This document shows, one piece after another, positions 18,411-30,244 of a stretch of DNA of 64,000 nt; position 1 is the stretch's first letter; every line of letters begins with the position of its first letter. Source of the stretch: Pseudomonadales bacterium (GTDB lineage: Bacteria > Pseudomonadota > Gammaproteobacteria > Pseudomonadales > JBFGWM01); NCBI GenBank assembly GCA_041682035.1, contig JBFKKR010000002.1:216-64215 (forward strand). The letters run 5' to 3'. A program made the position numbers and the translations under genes. The notes under the pieces are model-generated. The model searched no databases and was not told where the DNA came from. It was given only the letters and a program-made list of their open reading frames with translations.

Positions 18411-20345
18411 ATGTCCGGCAAGATTTACCCCGTCGATGCTGCCTACGCCGCCGGCGCCAACATCGACCGCGCCACCTACGACGCCTGGTACCGGGAATCG
18501 CTGGAGAATCCGGACGCATTCTGGGCGGCCCGGGCGCGCGAACACCTGGACTGGTTCGAGGCATGGGACCAGGTCCGCGAAAGTGACCTCTCGCAGGGCC
18601 GGGTACAGTGGTTCCGGAACGGCAAACTCAACGTCAGCCACAACTGCATCGATCGTCACCTCGAAAAACGGGGCGACCAGGTGGCGATCATCTGGGAGGG
18701 TGACGAACCGGACTCGGATGCGCACATCACCTACGGCGAATTGCATGCCGAGGTCTGCAGGCTGGCGAATGTCCTGAAATCGCGCGGTGTGAAAAAAGGC
18801 GACCGCGTCTGTATCTACATGCCCATGATTCCGCTGGCCGCCTACGCAATGCTGGCCTGCACCCGCATCGGCGCGATCCACTCGGTGGTGTTCGGCGGAT
18901 TCTCGCCGGAATCGCTGAAGGACCGGATCCTCGACTCTGACTGCCAGACCGTGATCACCGCCGACGAGGGCGTGCGCGGCGGGAAGACCATCCCGCTCAA
19001 GGCCAATACCGATGCAGCCGTCGCCCAGTGCCCGAACGTGCACACGGTGCTGGTGGCGCGCCGGACCGGCGGCGAGATCGACTGGAAAGACGGGCGTGAC
19101 GTCTGGATGCAGGAGGCGATGGAAGCGGCCGCGGCGGATTGCCCGGCCGAACCGATGGACGCCGAGGACCCGATGTTCATCCTCTATACCTCCGGCTCCA
19201 CCGGCAAGCCCAAGGGGGTGCTGCACACCACCGGCGGGTACCTGCTGCAGGCCACCATGACGCACCGCTACGTGCTGGACTACCGCGAAGGCGACATCTA
19301 CTGGTGCACCGCCGACGTCGGCTGGGTCACCGGTCACAGCTACATCGTCTACGGTCCGCTCGCGAACGGTGCGACGACGCTCATGTTCGAGGGCGTGCCC
19401 ACCTACCCGGATGCCAGTCGCTGCTGGCAGATCGTCGACAAGCACCAGGTCAACACCTTCTACACCGCGCCCACGGCGATCCGCGCCCTGATGGCGCTGG
19501 GCGACGAACCGGTGCGGTCGACCTCCCGCAGGTCGCTGCGACTGCTCGGCACGGTGGGGGAACCGATCAACCCGGAAGCCTGGGAGTGGTACCACCGGGT
19601 GGTGGGTGATGCGCGCTGCCCGATCGTGGACACCTGGTGGCAGACCGAGACCGGTGCGATCATGATCGCGCCGCTGCCCGGGGCCTTCGACCTGAAACCC
19701 GGCTCCGCCACCCTGCCCTTCTTCGGTGTCAAGCCGGGGCTGATGGACGAGAGCGGCAAGCTGATCGAGGGCGCGGCGTCGGGCAACCTGGTGATCCTGG
19801 CCGCCTGGCCCAGCCAGCTCCGCACCGTGTTCGGCGACCATGAGCGTTGCGTGCAAACCTACTATTCCGCCTACCCCGGTTACTACTTCACGGGCGACGG
19901 GGCGCGCCGCGACGAGGACGGCTACTACTGGATCACCGGCCGCGTGGACGATGTGCTGAACGTGTCCGGGCACCGGATCGGTACGGCGGAGGTCGAGAGC
20001 GCGCTGGTGCTGCACGAGCAGGTGGCGGAGGCCGCCGTGGTCGGCTACGAGCACGCGGTGAAGGGACAGGGCATCTACGCCTACGTCACCCCGATGAAAG
20101 GCGTCGAAGGCGATGCCGAACTGGAACAGTCCCTGCGCGACATGGCGGTGCGCGAGATCGGCGCCATCGCCAGGCCGGACCTGATCCAGTTCGCACCCGC
20201 GTTGCCCAAGACCCGGTCCGGCAAGATCATGCGCCGCATCCTGCGCAAGATCGCAGCCAACGAACTGGACAACCTCGGCGACACCACGACACTGGCCGAC
20301 CCGGGCGTGGTGAATGCATTGATCGAGAACCGAAAGAACCGGTGA
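18411..20345 (+). CDS. acs: Acetyl-CoA synthetase
   Basis: [18 protein letters not shown] and [12 protein letters not shown]. Confidence 0.95.
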   Translation: MSGKIYPVDAAYAAGANIDRATYDAWYRESLENPDAFWAARAREHLDWFEAWDQVRESDLSQGRVQWFRNGKLNVSHNCIDRHLEKRGDQVAIIWEGDEPDSDAHITYGELHAEVCRLANVLKSRGVKKGDRVCIYMPMIPLAAYAMLACTRIGAIHSVVFGGFSPESLKDRILDSDCQTVITADEGVRGGKTIPLKANTDAAVAQCPNVHTVLVARRTGGEIDWKDGRDVWMQEAMEAAAADCPAEPMDAEDPMFILYTSGSTGKPKGVLHTTGGYLLQATMTHRYVLDYREGDIYWCTADVGWVTGHSYIVYGPLANGATTLMFEGVPTYPDASRCWQIVDKHQVNTFYTAPTAIRALMALGDEPVRSTSRRSLRLLGTVGEPINPEAWEWYHRVVGDARCPIVDTWWQTETGAIMIAPLPGAFDLKPGSATLPFFGVKPGLMDESGKLIEGAASGNLVILAAWPSQLRTVFGDHERCVQTYYSAYPGYYFTGDGARRDEDGYYWITGRVDDVLNVSGHRIGTAEVESALVLHEQVAEAAVVGYEHAVKGQGIYAYVTPMKGVEGDAELEQSLRDMAVREIGAIARPDLIQFAPALPKTRSGKIMRRILRKIAANELDNLGDTTTLADPGVVNALIENRKNR

Positions 20346-20358
20346 CTGTTGGTCCGCT

Positions 20359-20424
20359 GTCAGCATGCATGCTGACCCACGGCACCCTTTTTTGCGGGCG
20401 CCGTGGGTCAGGCTTCAGCCTGAC
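20359..20424. repeat. REP-like palindromes (two units forming a composite hairpin)
   Basis: GTCAGCATGCATGCTGACCCAC at 20359-20380 and GTGGGTCAGGCTTCAGCCTGAC at 20403-20424. CTGACCCACGGC and GCCGTGGGTCAG are inverted. Confidence 0.7.
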
Positions 20425-20445
20425 GCCGACAGGGCCTGCGCCGGG

Positions 20446-20667
20446 CTACGTGCCGCCGTAGCGGAACAGCACATACGCGGCGGCCGCTGACAACACCAAC
20501 AGGTAGACCATTCCTTCCAGCACGACATCACGCAGCGCGGAACGATTCTCCGCGCGCCCTTCGGGCGTCCTGCGGTTGCGCCATACGGCGCGTGCCGCCA
20601 GGATCAGGATCGCGGCGCTCGCCACCAGTACCAGCACGCCGGCGCTGATTTTCAGGAATTCCTCCAA
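20446..20667 (-). CDS. Hypothetical small two-helix membrane protein
   Basis: 73 aa with a TTG start and AAGAGG 7 nt upstream. It has two hydrophobic segments and no family was recognised. Confidence 0.4.
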   Translation of the reverse strand: MEEFLKISAGVLVLVASAAILILAARAVWRNRRTPEGRAENRSALRDVVLEGMVYLLVLSAAAAYVLFRYGGT

Positions 20668-20720
20668 GCCTGCCTCTTTTCCAGTATCTTCAATTCATTG
20701 TTACCCAGTCCGACTGCATT

Positions 20721-20814
20721 GTGGGTGCGGCTCCAGTCCCACTCAGTCCGGCTGAAGCCGGACCCACAACAGCAGGGCATGGGTGCGACTTCGTGGGTGC
20801 GACTTCAGTCGCAC
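20721..20814. repeat. REP-like palindromes (2-3 units)
   Basis: GTCCGGCTGAAGCCGGACCCACA at 20746-20768, GTGGGTGCGACTTCAGTCGCAC at 20793-20814, and a degenerate unit at 20721-20742. Confidence 0.7.
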
Positions 20815-20826
20815 GGCTGAGCATAC

Positions 20827-20860
20827 AAAAAAAAAACGGGCCTCCTCGCGGAAGCCCGTT
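20827..20860 (-). terminator. Intrinsic terminator of pnp
   Basis: On the minus strand, an ACGGGC...GCCCGU hairpin is followed by U10. Confidence 0.8.
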
Positions 20861-20881
20861 TCCCTGCCACGCGGTGGTGGA

Positions 20882-22993
20882 TCAGACCGTGGTTTCGGCC
20901 ACGACCTCCGCACTCGCGTTCTGGTCGACATCCTTCATGGTCAGCTTGATGCGACCGCGGTTGTCGATGTCGAGCACCAGCACGTTGATTTCCTGGCCCT
21001 CTTCCAGGTGATCGTTGACCCGCTCCACCCGCTCGTTCTTGATCTGCGAGATATGCACCAGTCCGTCCTTGCCCGGCAGGATATTGACGAATGCACCGAA
21101 GTCCACGATGCGCACGACCCGGCCGCGGTAGACCCGGCCCACCTCGGCTTCCGCCGTGATGGCGTCGATCTGCGACTTGGCCTCTTCCAGGCCCTCGCGC
21201 GTATCGGCGTAGATCCGTACCTGGCCGTCATCCTCTATATCGATCGACGCACCCGTCTCCTCGCAGATGGCGCGAATGACCGCGCCACCCTTGCCGATGA
21301 CATCACGGATCTTGTCGACCGGGATGCGCATCGTCTCCATCGCCGGTGCGTTACCGGATACCTCGGCACGCGGCTCGGCAATGACGGCACACATCTGCTC
21401 GAGGATCTGGGCCCTCGCCTCACCGGCCTGGTTCAGCGCGATCTCCATGATCTCCTCGGTGATGCCCGCGATCTTGATGTCCATCTGCAGGGCGGTGACA
21501 CCGGCATCGGTACCGGCCACCTTGAAGTCCATGTCGCCGAGGTGATCCTCGTCACCGAGGATGTCGGTCAGGACGGCGAAGCGATCGCCTTCCTTCACCA
21601 GGCCCATGGCGATACCGGCCACCGGCGCCGAGATCGGCACACCGGCGTCCATCAGCGCCAGCGAGCTGCCGCAGACGCTGGCCATGGAACTGGAGCCGTT
21701 GGACTCGGTGATCTCCGAGACCACGCGCAGCGTGTACGGGAACTCCTCCTCGGTCGGGATCACCGCCTGGATACCGCGACGCGCCAGCCGGCCGTGACCG
21801 ATCTCGCGACGTTTCGGCGAACCGATGAAACCGGTCTCGCCGACGCAGAACGGCGGGAAGTTGTAATGCAGCATGAGGTGATCCTTCCGTTCACCTTCCA
21901 GCGCGTCGATGATCTGCGCATCGCGGGCGGTGCCCAGCGTCGCGGTCACCAGCGCCTGCGTCTCACCCCGGGTGAACAGCGCCGAACCGTGGGTCTTGGG
22001 CAGGACGCCCACCTCGATGCTCAGGTTGCGCACCGTCTTGGTATCACGGCCGTCGATGCGCGGCTCGCCACTGAGGACGCGTTCGCGCACGATGCGCTTC
22101 TCCATTGCACCGAACTGGCCAGCGACGATGTCGGCCTCGATGTCCTCGCCAGCCAGTTGCTCGATGGCGGCCGAACGCAGTTCGTCGAGACGGTCCCGCC
22201 GCTCCATCTTGTCGATGATGCGGTAGGCGTCGCCGATCTGCGCACCGAAGCCCTGCTCCAGTTTCGACGCGAGCTCGGAGTAATCCGGGCCGGCCGGAAT
22301 CTCCCAGGCCGGCTTGGCGCCTTCCGCCGCGAATTCCTTGATGGCGTTGATGACGACCTGCATCTCCTGGTGTCCGTAGAGCACGGCGCCCAGCATCTGG
22401 TCCTCGCTGAGTTCCTTGGCCTCTGACTCGACCATCAGGACGGCGTCGTCGGTACCGGCGACCACCATGTCCAGCAGCGATTCACGCAGTTCGTCGTAGC
22501 CCGGGTTGAGGATGTAGCACCCGTCGCGGTAACCGACGCGCGCGCCACCGATCGGCCCCTGGAACGGGATGCCGGAAACCATCAGGGCAGCCGAGGTACC
22601 GATCATTGCGGCGATATCCGGGTCCATGTCGCGGTCCGCGGACATGACCGTGGCGACCACCTGGACCTCGTTCATGAAACCCTTCGGGAACAGCGGCCGG
22701 ATGGGCCGGTCGATCAGGCGCGACGTCAGCGTCTCCTTCTCGGACGGACGCCCCTCGCGCTTGAAGAAGCCACCGGGGATCTTGCCGGCGGCGTAGGTCT
22801 TTTCCTGGTAATGCACGGACAGCGGGAAGAAATCCTGTCCCGGCTTCATGTCGCGACGACCCGTGACCGCGACCAACACCGAGGTGTTGCCCATGGTGAC
22901 CAGCACCGCGCCGGTGGCCTGGCGGGCGATGCGCCCGGTTTCCAGTGTTACTTCATGCTTACCGTATTGAAATGTTTTTCTGATTACGTTCAA
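20882..22993 (-). CDS. pnp: Polyribonucleotide nucleotidyltransferase (PNPase)
   Basis: Two RNase PH domains, then KH and S1 ([18 protein letters not shown]). It uses a TTG start, as in E. coli. Confidence 0.95.
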   Translation of the reverse strand: MNVIRKTFQYGKHEVTLETGRIARQATGAVLVTMGNTSVLVAVTGRRDMKPGQDFFPLSVHYQEKTYAAGKIPGGFFKREGRPSEKETLTSRLIDRPIRPLFPKGFMNEVQVVATVMSADRDMDPDIAAMIGTSAALMVSGIPFQGPIGGARVGYRDGCYILNPGYDELRESLLDMVVAGTDDAVLMVESEAKELSEDQMLGAVLYGHQEMQVVINAIKEFAAEGAKPAWEIPAGPDYSELASKLEQGFGAQIGDAYRIIDKMERRDRLDELRSAAIEQLAGEDIEADIVAGQFGAMEKRIVRERVLSGEPRIDGRDTKTVRNLSIEVGVLPKTHGSALFTRGETQALVTATLGTARDAQIIDALEGERKDHLMLHYNFPPFCVGETGFIGSPKRREIGHGRLARRGIQAVIPTEEEFPYTLRVVSEITESNGSSSMASVCGSSLALMDAGVPISAPVAGIAMGLVKEGDRFAVLTDILGDEDHLGDMDFKVAGTDAGVTALQMDIKIAGITEEIMEIALNQAGEARAQILEQMCAVIAEPRAEVSGNAPAMETMRIPVDKIRDVIGKGGAVIRAICEETGASIDIEDDGQVRIYADTREGLEEAKSQIDAITAEAEVGRVYRGRVVRIVDFGAFVNILPGKDGLVHISQIKNERVERVNDHLEEGQEINVLVLDIDNRGRIKLTMKDVDQNASAEVVAETTV

Positions 22994-23073
22994 CGCTCAA
23001 ACCTCTTTTAAGTTTTCTCTATCTCTGCTGTCAATCCAATGCATTACGATGCAGGTTCCCTGCCTCTCATCGC

Positions 23074-23102
23074 ACGAAGGCCCGGAACTGGTCCGGGCCT
23101 TC
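23074..23102 (-). terminator. rpsO terminator / pnp leader hairpin
   Basis: A perfect 12-bp stem CGAAGGCCCGGA/UCCGGGCCUUCG with a 5-nt loop lies just after the rpsO stop. There is no clear U tract. Confidence 0.55.
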
Positions 23103-23112
23103 GCGCAGATGC

Positions 23113-23382
23113 CTAGCGCCGCAGTCCAAGGCTGCCAATCAGCCTGGTGTAGCGTTCGACATCCTGTTTCTTCAGGTAGTCCAGCAGTTTGCGCCGCTGG
23201 TTCACCATCCGGATCAGTCCGCGACGGGAATGGTGATCCTTCTTGTGCTTGCCGAAATGCTCCTGCATCTGCTCGATCCGCCGGGTGAGCAGTGCAACCT
23301 GCACTTCCGCCGATCCCGTGTCGCCGTCAACCGTCTTGAACTCGGCGATCACCTGCGCTTTCTCATCTGCCGTCAATGCCAT
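23113..23382 (-). CDS. rpsO: 30S ribosomal protein S15
   Basis: MALTADEK...[19 protein letters not shown]. 89 aa from the internal ATG. Confidence 0.95.
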   Translation of the reverse strand: MALTADEKAQVIAEFKTVDGDTGSAEVQVALLTRRIEQMQEHFGKHKKDHHSRRGLIRMVNQRRKLLDYLKKQDVERYTRLIGSLGLRR

Positions 23383-23509
23383 CTTCATTCGCTCCAATGT
23401 TGCATATGCTTTCGTTTACACGGCTTCTTGCCGCTTCGATCCCGCGAACCACGCATACCTGCAGTTCCCGGGTCCCGGCCCCTGGGGGCCGAAACTTTTT
23501 AAAATTCCT

Positions 23510-24454
23510 TTACTGCGCCACGTCCCGCAACAGGCGGCGTGGCGCCACGCGACCGTCCTCGAGGACCTCGCCGACACCCACGAAGCGCGGCTGCGCCGGT
23601 TCCGAATCCAGCAGGCGCACCCAGGAGGCGTCCGGCGGTTCGGGCACCAGCACCGACTGGCCGCGGCGGATCGAGTTCATTCCCACGCGGCTGAGGTACA
23701 CGCCGGGCCAGTGCAGCACCGGCGTCTCGACCGGCAGGAGCATGGCGTCCAGCGCCTGAAGACCGGCGCGTTCGCGCGCGTCCCGCAGCAGCTCCAGCGT
23801 GACCATGCTGTTCAGGCCGTACGGCCCGACACCGATGCGGCGCAGCGCGGTGACCATCGCGCCACAACCCAGCAACTCGCCGAGGTCGTCGACGATGGTG
23901 CGGACGTAGGTGCCCTTGCTGCAATGCACGTCGAGTTCGACCTCGTCGCCCCCCGCACGCAGCAGCGTGATCTCGTGAATGGTGACAGTCCGTGGCTTGC
24001 GCTCAACGGTCTCGCCCTTGCGCGCGTACACGTACAGGGGCACGCCATCCTTCTTCAGCGCCGAGTACATCGGCGGCAACTGCTCGATCTCACCCCGGAA
24101 GTGCTCATCCAGCAGCTGCGGGATCCGCGCGCGCATCGCTTCGGTCACCGCACACTCGCGCAGGACCTCGCCGTCGCTGTCACCGGAGTCGGTACGTACG
24201 CCCAGCCGCGCCGTGACCACGTACCGCTTGTCGGCGTCCAGCAGGTAACTGGAGAACTTGGTGGCCTCGCCCAGGCAGATCGGCAGCAGGCCGGTCGCGA
24301 GCGGGTCCAGGCTGCCTGTATGGCCGGCCTTGGCTGCCTGGAAGAGGTGCTTGACCTGCTGCAGCGCCGCGTTGGACGAGATGCCGGTGGGCTTGTCGAG
24401 CAGCACCACGCCGGAGACATCCCGACGGACCGAGCGGCGCGGCTGCATGATCAC
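23510..24454 (-). CDS. truB: tRNA pseudouridine(55) synthase
   Basis: GVVLLDKPTGISSN and GHTGSLDPLATGLLPICLGEATK. Confidence 0.93.
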   Translation of the reverse strand: MIMQPRRSVRRDVSGVVLLDKPTGISSNAALQQVKHLFQAAKAGHTGSLDPLATGLLPICLGEATKFSSYLLDADKRYVVTARLGVRTDSGDSDGEVLRECAVTEAMRARIPQLLDEHFRGEIEQLPPMYSALKKDGVPLYVYARKGETVERKPRTVTIHEITLLRAGGDEVELDVHCSKGTYVRTIVDDLGELLGCGAMVTALRRIGVGPYGLNSMVTLELLRDARERAGLQALDAMLLPVETPVLHWPGVYLSRVGMNSIRRGQSVLVPEPPDASWVRLLDSEPAQPRFVGVGEVLEDGRVAPRRLLRDVAQ

Positions 24455-24837
24455 GCGTCGTCACCGTCCGGGAGTTTCCCGGCCGCCTGCCGGTCGGACT
24501 GCACGGCGCGGTCGATCAGGTCTTCCATGCGCCGTGCGTTCGCCACGGTGGGGTCGAAATGAAAGCGCAGGCGCGGTACCGAGCGCAGCGACATGCGCGC
24601 GGCCAGCAGGGACCGGATGTAACCGGCCGCGCCGCCGAGCGCCTTCTCGGAGTCGCCCGCGTCATCGGCGTCCATGCGGGTGTAGTAGACATCCGCCCAG
24701 GCCAGGTCACGGCTCACCTTCACCTCGTTCACGGTAATCATGCCGAGCCGGGGATCCTGGATTTCCTGCAGCAGGATGCCACCCAGCTCGCGCTGAATCT
24801 GGTCACCCACGCGCTGGGTGCGCCCCTCGTTCGCCAT
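24451..24837 (-). CDS. rbfA: Ribosome-binding factor A
   Basis: RTQRVGDQIQRELG..ITVNEVKVSRDL. The ATG lies 13 nt after the infB stop. Confidence 0.9.
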   Translation of the reverse strand: MANEGRTQRVGDQIQRELGGILLQEIQDPRLGMITVNEVKVSRDLAWADVYYTRMDADDAGDSEKALGGAAGYIRSLLAARMSLRSVPRLRFHFDPTVANARRMEDLIDRAVQSDRQAAGKLPDGDDA

Positions 24838-24850
24838 GCCGGCAGCACCC

Positions 24851-27412
24851 TCAATCACCCAGCGTACGCGCGACTTCGACCGATCTGTACACCTCGATCT
24901 TGTCACCCGGCTTGACGTCGTTGTAGTTCTTCACGCCGATACCGCACTCCATGCCGTTGCGCACCTCGCCGACGTCCTCCTTGAAGCGCCGCAGCGATTC
25001 CAGCTCGCCCTCGTAGATGACGACGTCGTCGCGCAGCACGCGGATCGGCTGGTTCCGCTTGACGTTGCCCTCGATCACCATGCAGCCGGCGATGTTGCCG
25101 TACTTCGGCGAGCGGAACACGTCGCGCACCTCGGCCACGCCGATGATCTCCTCGCGCAGTTCCGGCGCCAGCATGCCCTCGAGCATCTTCCGCACGTCAT
25201 CGAGGATGTCGTAGATCACGCTGTAGTAGCGCAGGTCCAGGCCTTCCTTCTCGATCAGCTTGCGGGCACCCGCCTCGGCGCGCACGTTGAAACCGAAGAT
25301 GACCGCACCGGACGCGAGCGCCAGGCTGGCGTCGGTCTCGGAAATCCCGCCGACCCCGCCGGAGACGATGACCGCTTCCGCTTCATCGGTGGAGATGTCC
25401 GCGATGGCGCTCTGCAGCGCCTCCAGGGAGCCACGCACGTCCGCCTTCAGCACAATGTTCAGGACCCGCTTCTCACCCGCCGCCATCATCGCGAAAGGAT
25501 CGAACTTGGCGGCGCCGGACTGCTGTGCCATGCGCTCGTCGCGGCTGCGGATGTTGCGGAAGTCCGCCACCTCGCGCGCCTTGCGCTCGTCCTCGACCAC
25601 CAGCACCTCGTCACCGGCTTCCGGGCAGCCGTTCAGGCCCAGCACCTCGATCGGGGTGGACGGGCCGGCGGTCTGCAGCTGCTGGCCGTTTTCGTCCTGC
25701 ATTGCGCGCACGCGGCCGAAGCAGGAGCCTGCGAGGATCACCTCGCCCCGTGTCAGCGTACCGGCCTGGATCAGCAGGGTGGCGACCGGGCCGCGGCCCT
25801 TGTCGATGCGCGATTCGATGACGACGCCCTGCGCAGGGCCGTCTACCGGCGCCTTGAGTTCCAGCAGTTCGGACTGCAGCACGATCGCGTCCAGCAGGTC
25901 CTCGACCCCCTGGCCGGTGTGCGCGGAGACGTGCAGGAACTGCGTGTCACCGCCCCAGTCCTCGGAAATGACCTCGCGCTGGGACAGTTCGTTGCGCACG
26001 CGTTCCGGATCGGCGTCCTCGCGGTCGATCTTGTTGATGGCCACGACCAGCGGCACCCCGGCCGCCCGTGCGTGCAGGATGGCTTCCTCGGTCTGCGGCA
26101 TGACGCCGTCATCGGCCGCCACCACCAGCACCACGATATCGGTGCACTTCGCGCCACGGGCACGCATCGCGGTGAACGCAGCATGGCCGGGTGTATCGAG
26201 GAACGTGATCTCGCCCTTGTCGGTCTTCACCCGGTAGGCGCCGATGTGCTGGGTGATGCCACCGGCCTCGCCGGTCGCCACCCGCGACTTGCGGATGTAG
26301 TCCAGCAGCGAGGTCTTGCCGTGGTCGACATGGCCCATCACCGTCACCACCGGCGCACGCGGCTGCCCTTCGCCCCCGACCTTCGCGACGGCCTTCTCCA
26401 CGAGCGTTTCCTCGATCGACCGCGGCGCGACCTGGACCGCCCTGTGCCCGAGTTCCTCGACCACCAGCACCGCGGTGTCCTGGTCGATGCTCTCGTTCAC
26501 GGTGGCCATGACGCCCATTTTCATGAGCGTCTTGATCAGTTCACCGGACTTGATGGAAAGCCGCTGCGCGAGTTCAGCGACCTGGATGGTATCGGGTACT
26601 TCCACCTCGCGCACCGAGGGCGCGGTCGGCCGGGCGAAGCCATGCCGGTCCTGGCCCATGACCTTGTTCAGCACCTTGGGCCTGGACACCGTGCCGCGGC
26701 GCACTGCGACCGGCTGGTCGAAACCGATGCCGCCGACCTTCGCGCCCGGCGTGAACGACTCTATTTCCTTTTCCTTCTGCCACTTGCCGCCCTTCTCGCG
26801 CTCGCGCTTCGTCGCACCGGGCCGCCGCGGACGGGCCTCCTCGCGTTCCTTGTGGGCGCCCTTTTCGTGGGCGCCCTTCGCGGCGCCGCGCCGGTGTGCA
26901 TCCGCGCCAGGCGCGGCGACGGGCGGTACGTCGGGAATGATCTTCTTCGGCTTCTCGGCCTGTTCTTCCGTGGCCGTTTCGGGCTGGGCTTCCGGCGTGG
27001 CACCGTCCGCGGTGGTTTCCGGCGCGGCCTGGCCGGCTTCCGTGGTATCGGTTTCCTCGACCAGCGTTTCCGCCGCCGCCTCTTCCAGGGGCTGGACCTC
27101 GTCCTCCAGCACGCCGCGCTTGATGTAGGTGCGTTTCTTGCGCACCTCCACGTTGACCGTCTTGTTACGGCCCTGGGTGCCGGTCATCTTGAGCGTGCTC
27201 AGCCGCTTGCGCTTGAGCGTGATGCGGGCGGGCTCCTCGGCGGATTCGCCGTGGCTGCGCTTCAGGAAGGCGAGCAACTGCTGCTTTTCGTCGTCCGTGA
27301 CAACCTGGTCGGGCTTCTCATGACTGAGGCCCGCTTCCTGCATCTGCGTGAGCAGACGTTCCACCGTGGCGCCCACGTCTGCCGCGAGCTGTTCAACCGT
27401 AACTTCTGCCAT
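24851..27412 (-). CDS. infB: Translation initiation factor IF-2
   Basis: [17 protein letters not shown] and AINKID. Confidence 0.95.
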   Translation of the reverse strand: MAEVTVEQLAADVGATVERLLTQMQEAGLSHEKPDQVVTDDEKQQLLAFLKRSHGESAEEPARITLKRKRLSTLKMTGTQGRNKTVNVEVRKKRTYIKRGVLEDEVQPLEEAAAETLVEETDTTEAGQAAPETTADGATPEAQPETATEEQAEKPKKIIPDVPPVAAPGADAHRRGAAKGAHEKGAHKEREEARPRRPGATKREREKGGKWQKEKEIESFTPGAKVGGIGFDQPVAVRRGTVSRPKVLNKVMGQDRHGFARPTAPSVREVEVPDTIQVAELAQRLSIKSGELIKTLMKMGVMATVNESIDQDTAVLVVEELGHRAVQVAPRSIEETLVEKAVAKVGGEGQPRAPVVTVMGHVDHGKTSLLDYIRKSRVATGEAGGITQHIGAYRVKTDKGEITFLDTPGHAAFTAMRARGAKCTDIVVLVVAADDGVMPQTEEAILHARAAGVPLVVAINKIDREDADPERVRNELSQREVISEDWGGDTQFLHVSAHTGQGVEDLLDAIVLQSELLELKAPVDGPAQGVVIESRIDKGRGPVATLLIQAGTLTRGEVILAGSCFGRVRAMQDENGQQLQTAGPSTPIEVLGLNGCPEAGDEVLVVEDERKAREVADFRNIRSRDERMAQQSGAAKFDPFAMMAAGEKRVLNIVLKADVRGSLEALQSAIADISTDEAEAVIVSGGVGGISETDASLALASGAVIFGFNVRAEAGARKLIEKEGLDLRYYSVIYDILDDVRKMLEGMLAPELREEIIGVAEVRDVFRSPKYGNIAGCMVIEGNVKRNQPIRVLRDDVVIYEGELESLRRFKEDVGEVRNGMECGIGVKNYNDVKPGDKIEVYRSVEVARTLGD

Positions 27413-27451
27413 ACATTCCTCCCGAGTTCGACCAGACCAGCGCGAGAGCCG

Positions 27452-28981
27452 TTACTCGTTCTCGAACCAGGGTGCACGCGCCTGCATGATCAGTGCGCCA
27501 GCCTTTTCTTCATCCATGTCCTCGATCTCCAGCAGGTCGTCCACCGCCTGTTCGGCAAGGTCTTCCATGGTCTGGATGCCGGCCTGCGCGAGCCGGTTCG
27601 CCAGTTCCACGGACATGCCCTCCATGGCCAGCAGATCCTCGGCCGGTTTGCGCGATGCCCGTTCCTCCTGGTCGGCCAGTTCCATCAGCAGAAGCTTGTC
27701 CTTGGCGCGCCGGCGCAGTTCCTCGACAATCTCCTCATCGAAGCCCTCGATGGCGAGCATCTCTTCCAGCGGCACGTAGGCGACTTCTTCCAGCGAGGTG
27801 AAACCTTCCTCCACCAGGACGCCGGCCAGTTCCTCGTCGACTTCAAGCTGCACGACGAACTTCTGGGCGATCTCGGTGAGTTCCGCTTCCTGGCGTTCCG
27901 CCGCATCCTCGACGCTCATGACGTTGAGGGTCCAGCCGGTCATCTCGCTCGCGAGCCGAACGTTCTGGCCGCCCCGGCCAATCGCCAGCGGCAGGTTTTC
28001 CTCGGTGACGGCGACATCCATGGAGCGGGCATCCTCGTCGACGACGATGGAGACCACTTCCGCCGGCGCGATGGCGTTGATGACGAGCTGCGCCGGGTTG
28101 TCGTCCCAGAGCACGATGTCGATGCGCTCGCCGCCGAGTTCGTTGGAGACCGCCTGCACGCGTGAGCCGCGCATGCCGACGCAGGCGCCGATCGGGTCGA
28201 TGCGCTGGTCGTTGGTCTTCACGGCGATCTTGGCGCGCGCACCCGGGTCGCGGGCGGCACAGCGAATCTGGATCACCTGCTCGGATATTTCCGGGACCTC
28301 GATCTTGAACAATTCGACCAGCATTTCCGGGCAGGTACGCGACAGCATCAGCTGCGGGCCGCGCAGGTCACGCTGGATGTGGTGCAGGATCGCGCGAACG
28401 CGGTCGGAAATCCGGAAGATTTCGCGCGGGATGATCTGCTCACGCGGCATGATGCCCTCGGCGTTGTTGCCGAGGTCGACGATGATGTTGTCCCGGGTGA
28501 CTTTCTTGACCGTACCGCTGACCAGCTCGCCGACGCGGTTCTCGTAGGCCTTGACGATCTGGTTGCGCTCCGCCTCGCGCACCTTCTGCACGATGACCTG
28601 CTTGGCCGCCTGCGCCGCGATGCGGCCGAACTCGACCGACGCCACCGGCTCCTCGATCACACCGCCCACCTCGATGTCCGGCTGCCGTTCGCGTGCCTCG
28701 CTGAGCGTCAGCACGCCGTCGGGATTCTCGACCTCGGCGTCGTCCTCGACGATGTCCCAGTAGCGGAACGACTCGTAGCTGCCGGTCTTCCGATCGATGC
28801 TGACGCGGATGTTCACGTCGTCCGAGTAGCGCTTCTTGGTCGCCGAGGCCAGCGCCAGCTCGATGGCCTCGAAGATGTTCTCCTCGGCGACGTTCTTCTC
28901 GTTGGAGACCGACTCGATAACAGTCAGCAGCTCCTTGTTCAGCTTCCCCTGCGCCAGTTCGGCAACGGCCGGTTCACTCAT
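27452..28981 (-). CDS. nusA: Transcription termination/antitermination factor NusA
   Basis: An S1 domain, 2x KH, and C-terminal acidic repeats. VSNEKNV and [12 protein letters not shown]. Confidence 0.95.
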   Translation of the reverse strand: MSEPAVAELAQGKLNKELLTVIESVSNEKNVAEENIFEAIELALASATKKRYSDDVNIRVSIDRKTGSYESFRYWDIVEDDAEVENPDGVLTLSEARERQPDIEVGGVIEEPVASVEFGRIAAQAAKQVIVQKVREAERNQIVKAYENRVGELVSGTVKKVTRDNIIVDLGNNAEGIMPREQIIPREIFRISDRVRAILHHIQRDLRGPQLMLSRTCPEMLVELFKIEVPEISEQVIQIRCAARDPGARAKIAVKTNDQRIDPIGACVGMRGSRVQAVSNELGGERIDIVLWDDNPAQLVINAIAPAEVVSIVVDEDARSMDVAVTEENLPLAIGRGGQNVRLASEMTGWTLNVMSVEDAAERQEAELTEIAQKFVVQLEVDEELAGVLVEEGFTSLEEVAYVPLEEMLAIEGFDEEIVEELRRRAKDKLLLMELADQEERASRKPAEDLLAMEGMSVELANRLAQAGIQTMEDLAEQAVDDLLEIEDMDEEKAGALIMQARAPWFENE

Positions 28982-28995
28982 CTAGATTCCTGCCT

Positions 28996-29460
28996 TCAGT
29001 TTCCGGGTACGACACGCACCCTTTCCAATACCGCAAAGGGGACGACGTATTCGTCTTCTTCCCCGCCCGTTCGAATCACCAGGTCCCCGTCCCGCACGGC
29101 GACCAGCTCGCCCGAAAAATTCCGGCGTCCGCCCACCAGTTCGGCGGCGCGCACCCTGACCTGTTCGCCGATGTAGCGCGCGCACTGCTCCTCGGTGAAG
29201 AGCCGGCGGTCCATGCCCGGCGAGGACACCTCGAGCACGTACTCCCCGGGAATCGGGTCCTCGACCTCCAGCACCACGCTCACCTGGCGGCTGACCCGCT
29301 CGCAGTCTTCCAGGCTGATGCCCGCATCGGCGTCGATGTACAGGCGCAGCACCGGGCGCTTGCTGGGGCCGGCCAGTTCGATGCCCCAGAGTTCGCACCC
29401 CAGCGACCCGACGACCGGACCAAGTACCGCTGTAAGCCGTTCCAGTCGCTGATCCCGCAT
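28996..29460 (-). CDS. rimP: Ribosome maturation factor RimP
   Basis: VLRLYID..GISLEDCERVSRQ and LEVSSPGMDRRL. The start is at MRDQRLERL. Confidence 0.88.
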   Translation of the reverse strand: MRDQRLERLTAVLGPVVGSLGCELWGIELAGPSKRPVLRLYIDADAGISLEDCERVSRQVSVVLEVEDPIPGEYVLEVSSPGMDRRLFTEEQCARYIGEQVRVRAAELVGGRRNFSGELVAVRDGDLVIRTGGEEDEYVVPFAVLERVRVVPGN

Positions 29461-29525
29461 CGCATTCCAACCGGCCTGCCGGGCCCAAAAACAAAAAATG
29501 GGCCCACAGGCCCACTTTCCGATCA

Positions 29526-29554
29526 ACAAAAAACCCCTGCGAACAGGGGTTTTT
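29526..29554 (-). terminator. Intrinsic terminator/attenuator between tRNA-fMet and rimP
   Basis: CCCCUG-UUCG-CAGGGG followed by U6 on the minus strand. The same arrangement occurs in the E. coli metY-rimP-nusA operon. Confidence 0.7.
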
Positions 29555-29576
29555 GCGAAGAAAACCTCTAAAAAAG

Positions 29577-29653
<77 letters not shown>

Positions 29654-29669
29654 TCACGTGAGGGGGGCG

Positions 29670-29698
29670 ATTATAGGTACCTGATATATCGGGGTCAA
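29670..29698 (-). promoter_or_regulatory. Sigma-70 promoter of the tRNA-fMet / rimP-nusA-infB operon
   Basis: On the minus strand: TTGACC, a 17-nt spacer, TATAAT, then the GC-rich discriminator CGCCCCCC. Confidence 0.65.
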
Positions 29699-29731
29699 TA
29701 CACCGCCCGCTTCCAGTTCCCGGATGCCGCC

Positions 29732-30004
29732 TCAGAGGCCGGCCCCGAACACGGAGGCATTCCCCTTGAGCGTATCCTCCAGGCGACGCTCGACGCGCTC
29801 ACGCTGCAGGTCCGCCCGCGCTTTCGCGGTCAGTTCCACGCCGGCCGCGGTCGCCGGGAGTTGCTCCAGGGACTGCACGGTCGTGGCCTGTTCGGCTTCT
29901 GCCTCGGCGGCCACCGCGCCCTGCGCGTCGGCTTCTGCAGCGCTCACCGTGCCGGCGAACATGAAGAAGGATGCAAATGCATATGCGTGGATTTTTGCTT
30001 TCAT
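29732..30004 (-). CDS. Hypothetical small secreted protein
   Basis: 90 aa. MKAKIHAYAFASFFMFAGTVSA is a signal peptide, followed by an Ala/Glu-rich helical region. AGAGAGG lies upstream. The longer 149-aa ORF in the track runs into tRNA-Leu. Confidence 0.45.
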   Translation of the reverse strand: MKAKIHAYAFASFFMFAGTVSAAEADAQGAVAAEAEAEQATTVQSLEQLPATAAGVELTAKARADLQRERVERRLEDTLKGNASVFGAGL

Positions 30005-30103
30005 GGCGTGAGCCTCTCTTGTTTCACAATGTCGCGAAACTATAAAAAAGTGTGGCACGCGCGTCACTCGTAATTTTTCAGTAGCCCGGCGGCAGGCGAG
30101 AAA

Positions 30104-30133
30104 GAAAAAGGGCAGTGTAAAACTGCCCTTTTC
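30104..30133 (-). terminator. Intrinsic terminator after tRNA-Leu
   Basis: A GGGCAGU/ACUGCCC hairpin followed by U5 on the minus strand. Confidence 0.7.
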
Positions 30134-30139
30134 GCTTGA

Positions 30140-30225
30140 TGGTGCCGAAGGCCGGACTTGAACCGGCACGGCTTGCGCCACTGCCCCCTCAAGACAGCGT
30201 GTCTACCAATTCCACCACTTCGGCA
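30140..30225 (-). tRNA. tRNA-Leu (GAG)
   Basis: The reverse complement GCCGAAGTGGTGGAATTGGTAGACAC...CTTGAGGGGGCAG...GGTTCAAGTCCGGCCTTCGGCACCA shows a long variable arm. It sits downstream of secG, like E. coli leuU. Confidence 0.9.
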
Positions 30226-30244
30226 TAGCAAAACATAATATTTG

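Noticed and set aside
24818-28165. 1115-aa plus-strand ORF, together with similar giant shadow ORFs at 3665-6202 (-), 18375-20366 (-), 20783-22426 (+), 35113-37329 (+), 37276-39693 (-), 41247-42923 (+), 45871-47937 (+), 50461-53703 (+) and 58990-60084 (-)
   Set aside because: All lie antisense to or out of frame with unmistakable housekeeping genes (infB/nusA, the CHASE kinase, acs, pnp, ftsH/rlmE, DUF3604, the propeller gene, carB, dnaJ/dnaK, SNF). Their Arg/Ala/Gly/Pro-rich translations are typical of high-GC shadow frames.
30005-30181. 5' extension of the small secreted-protein ORF to 149 aa
   Set aside because: The extension would run through the tRNA-Leu gene and its terminator. The internal Met begins a clean signal peptide and has an RBS.
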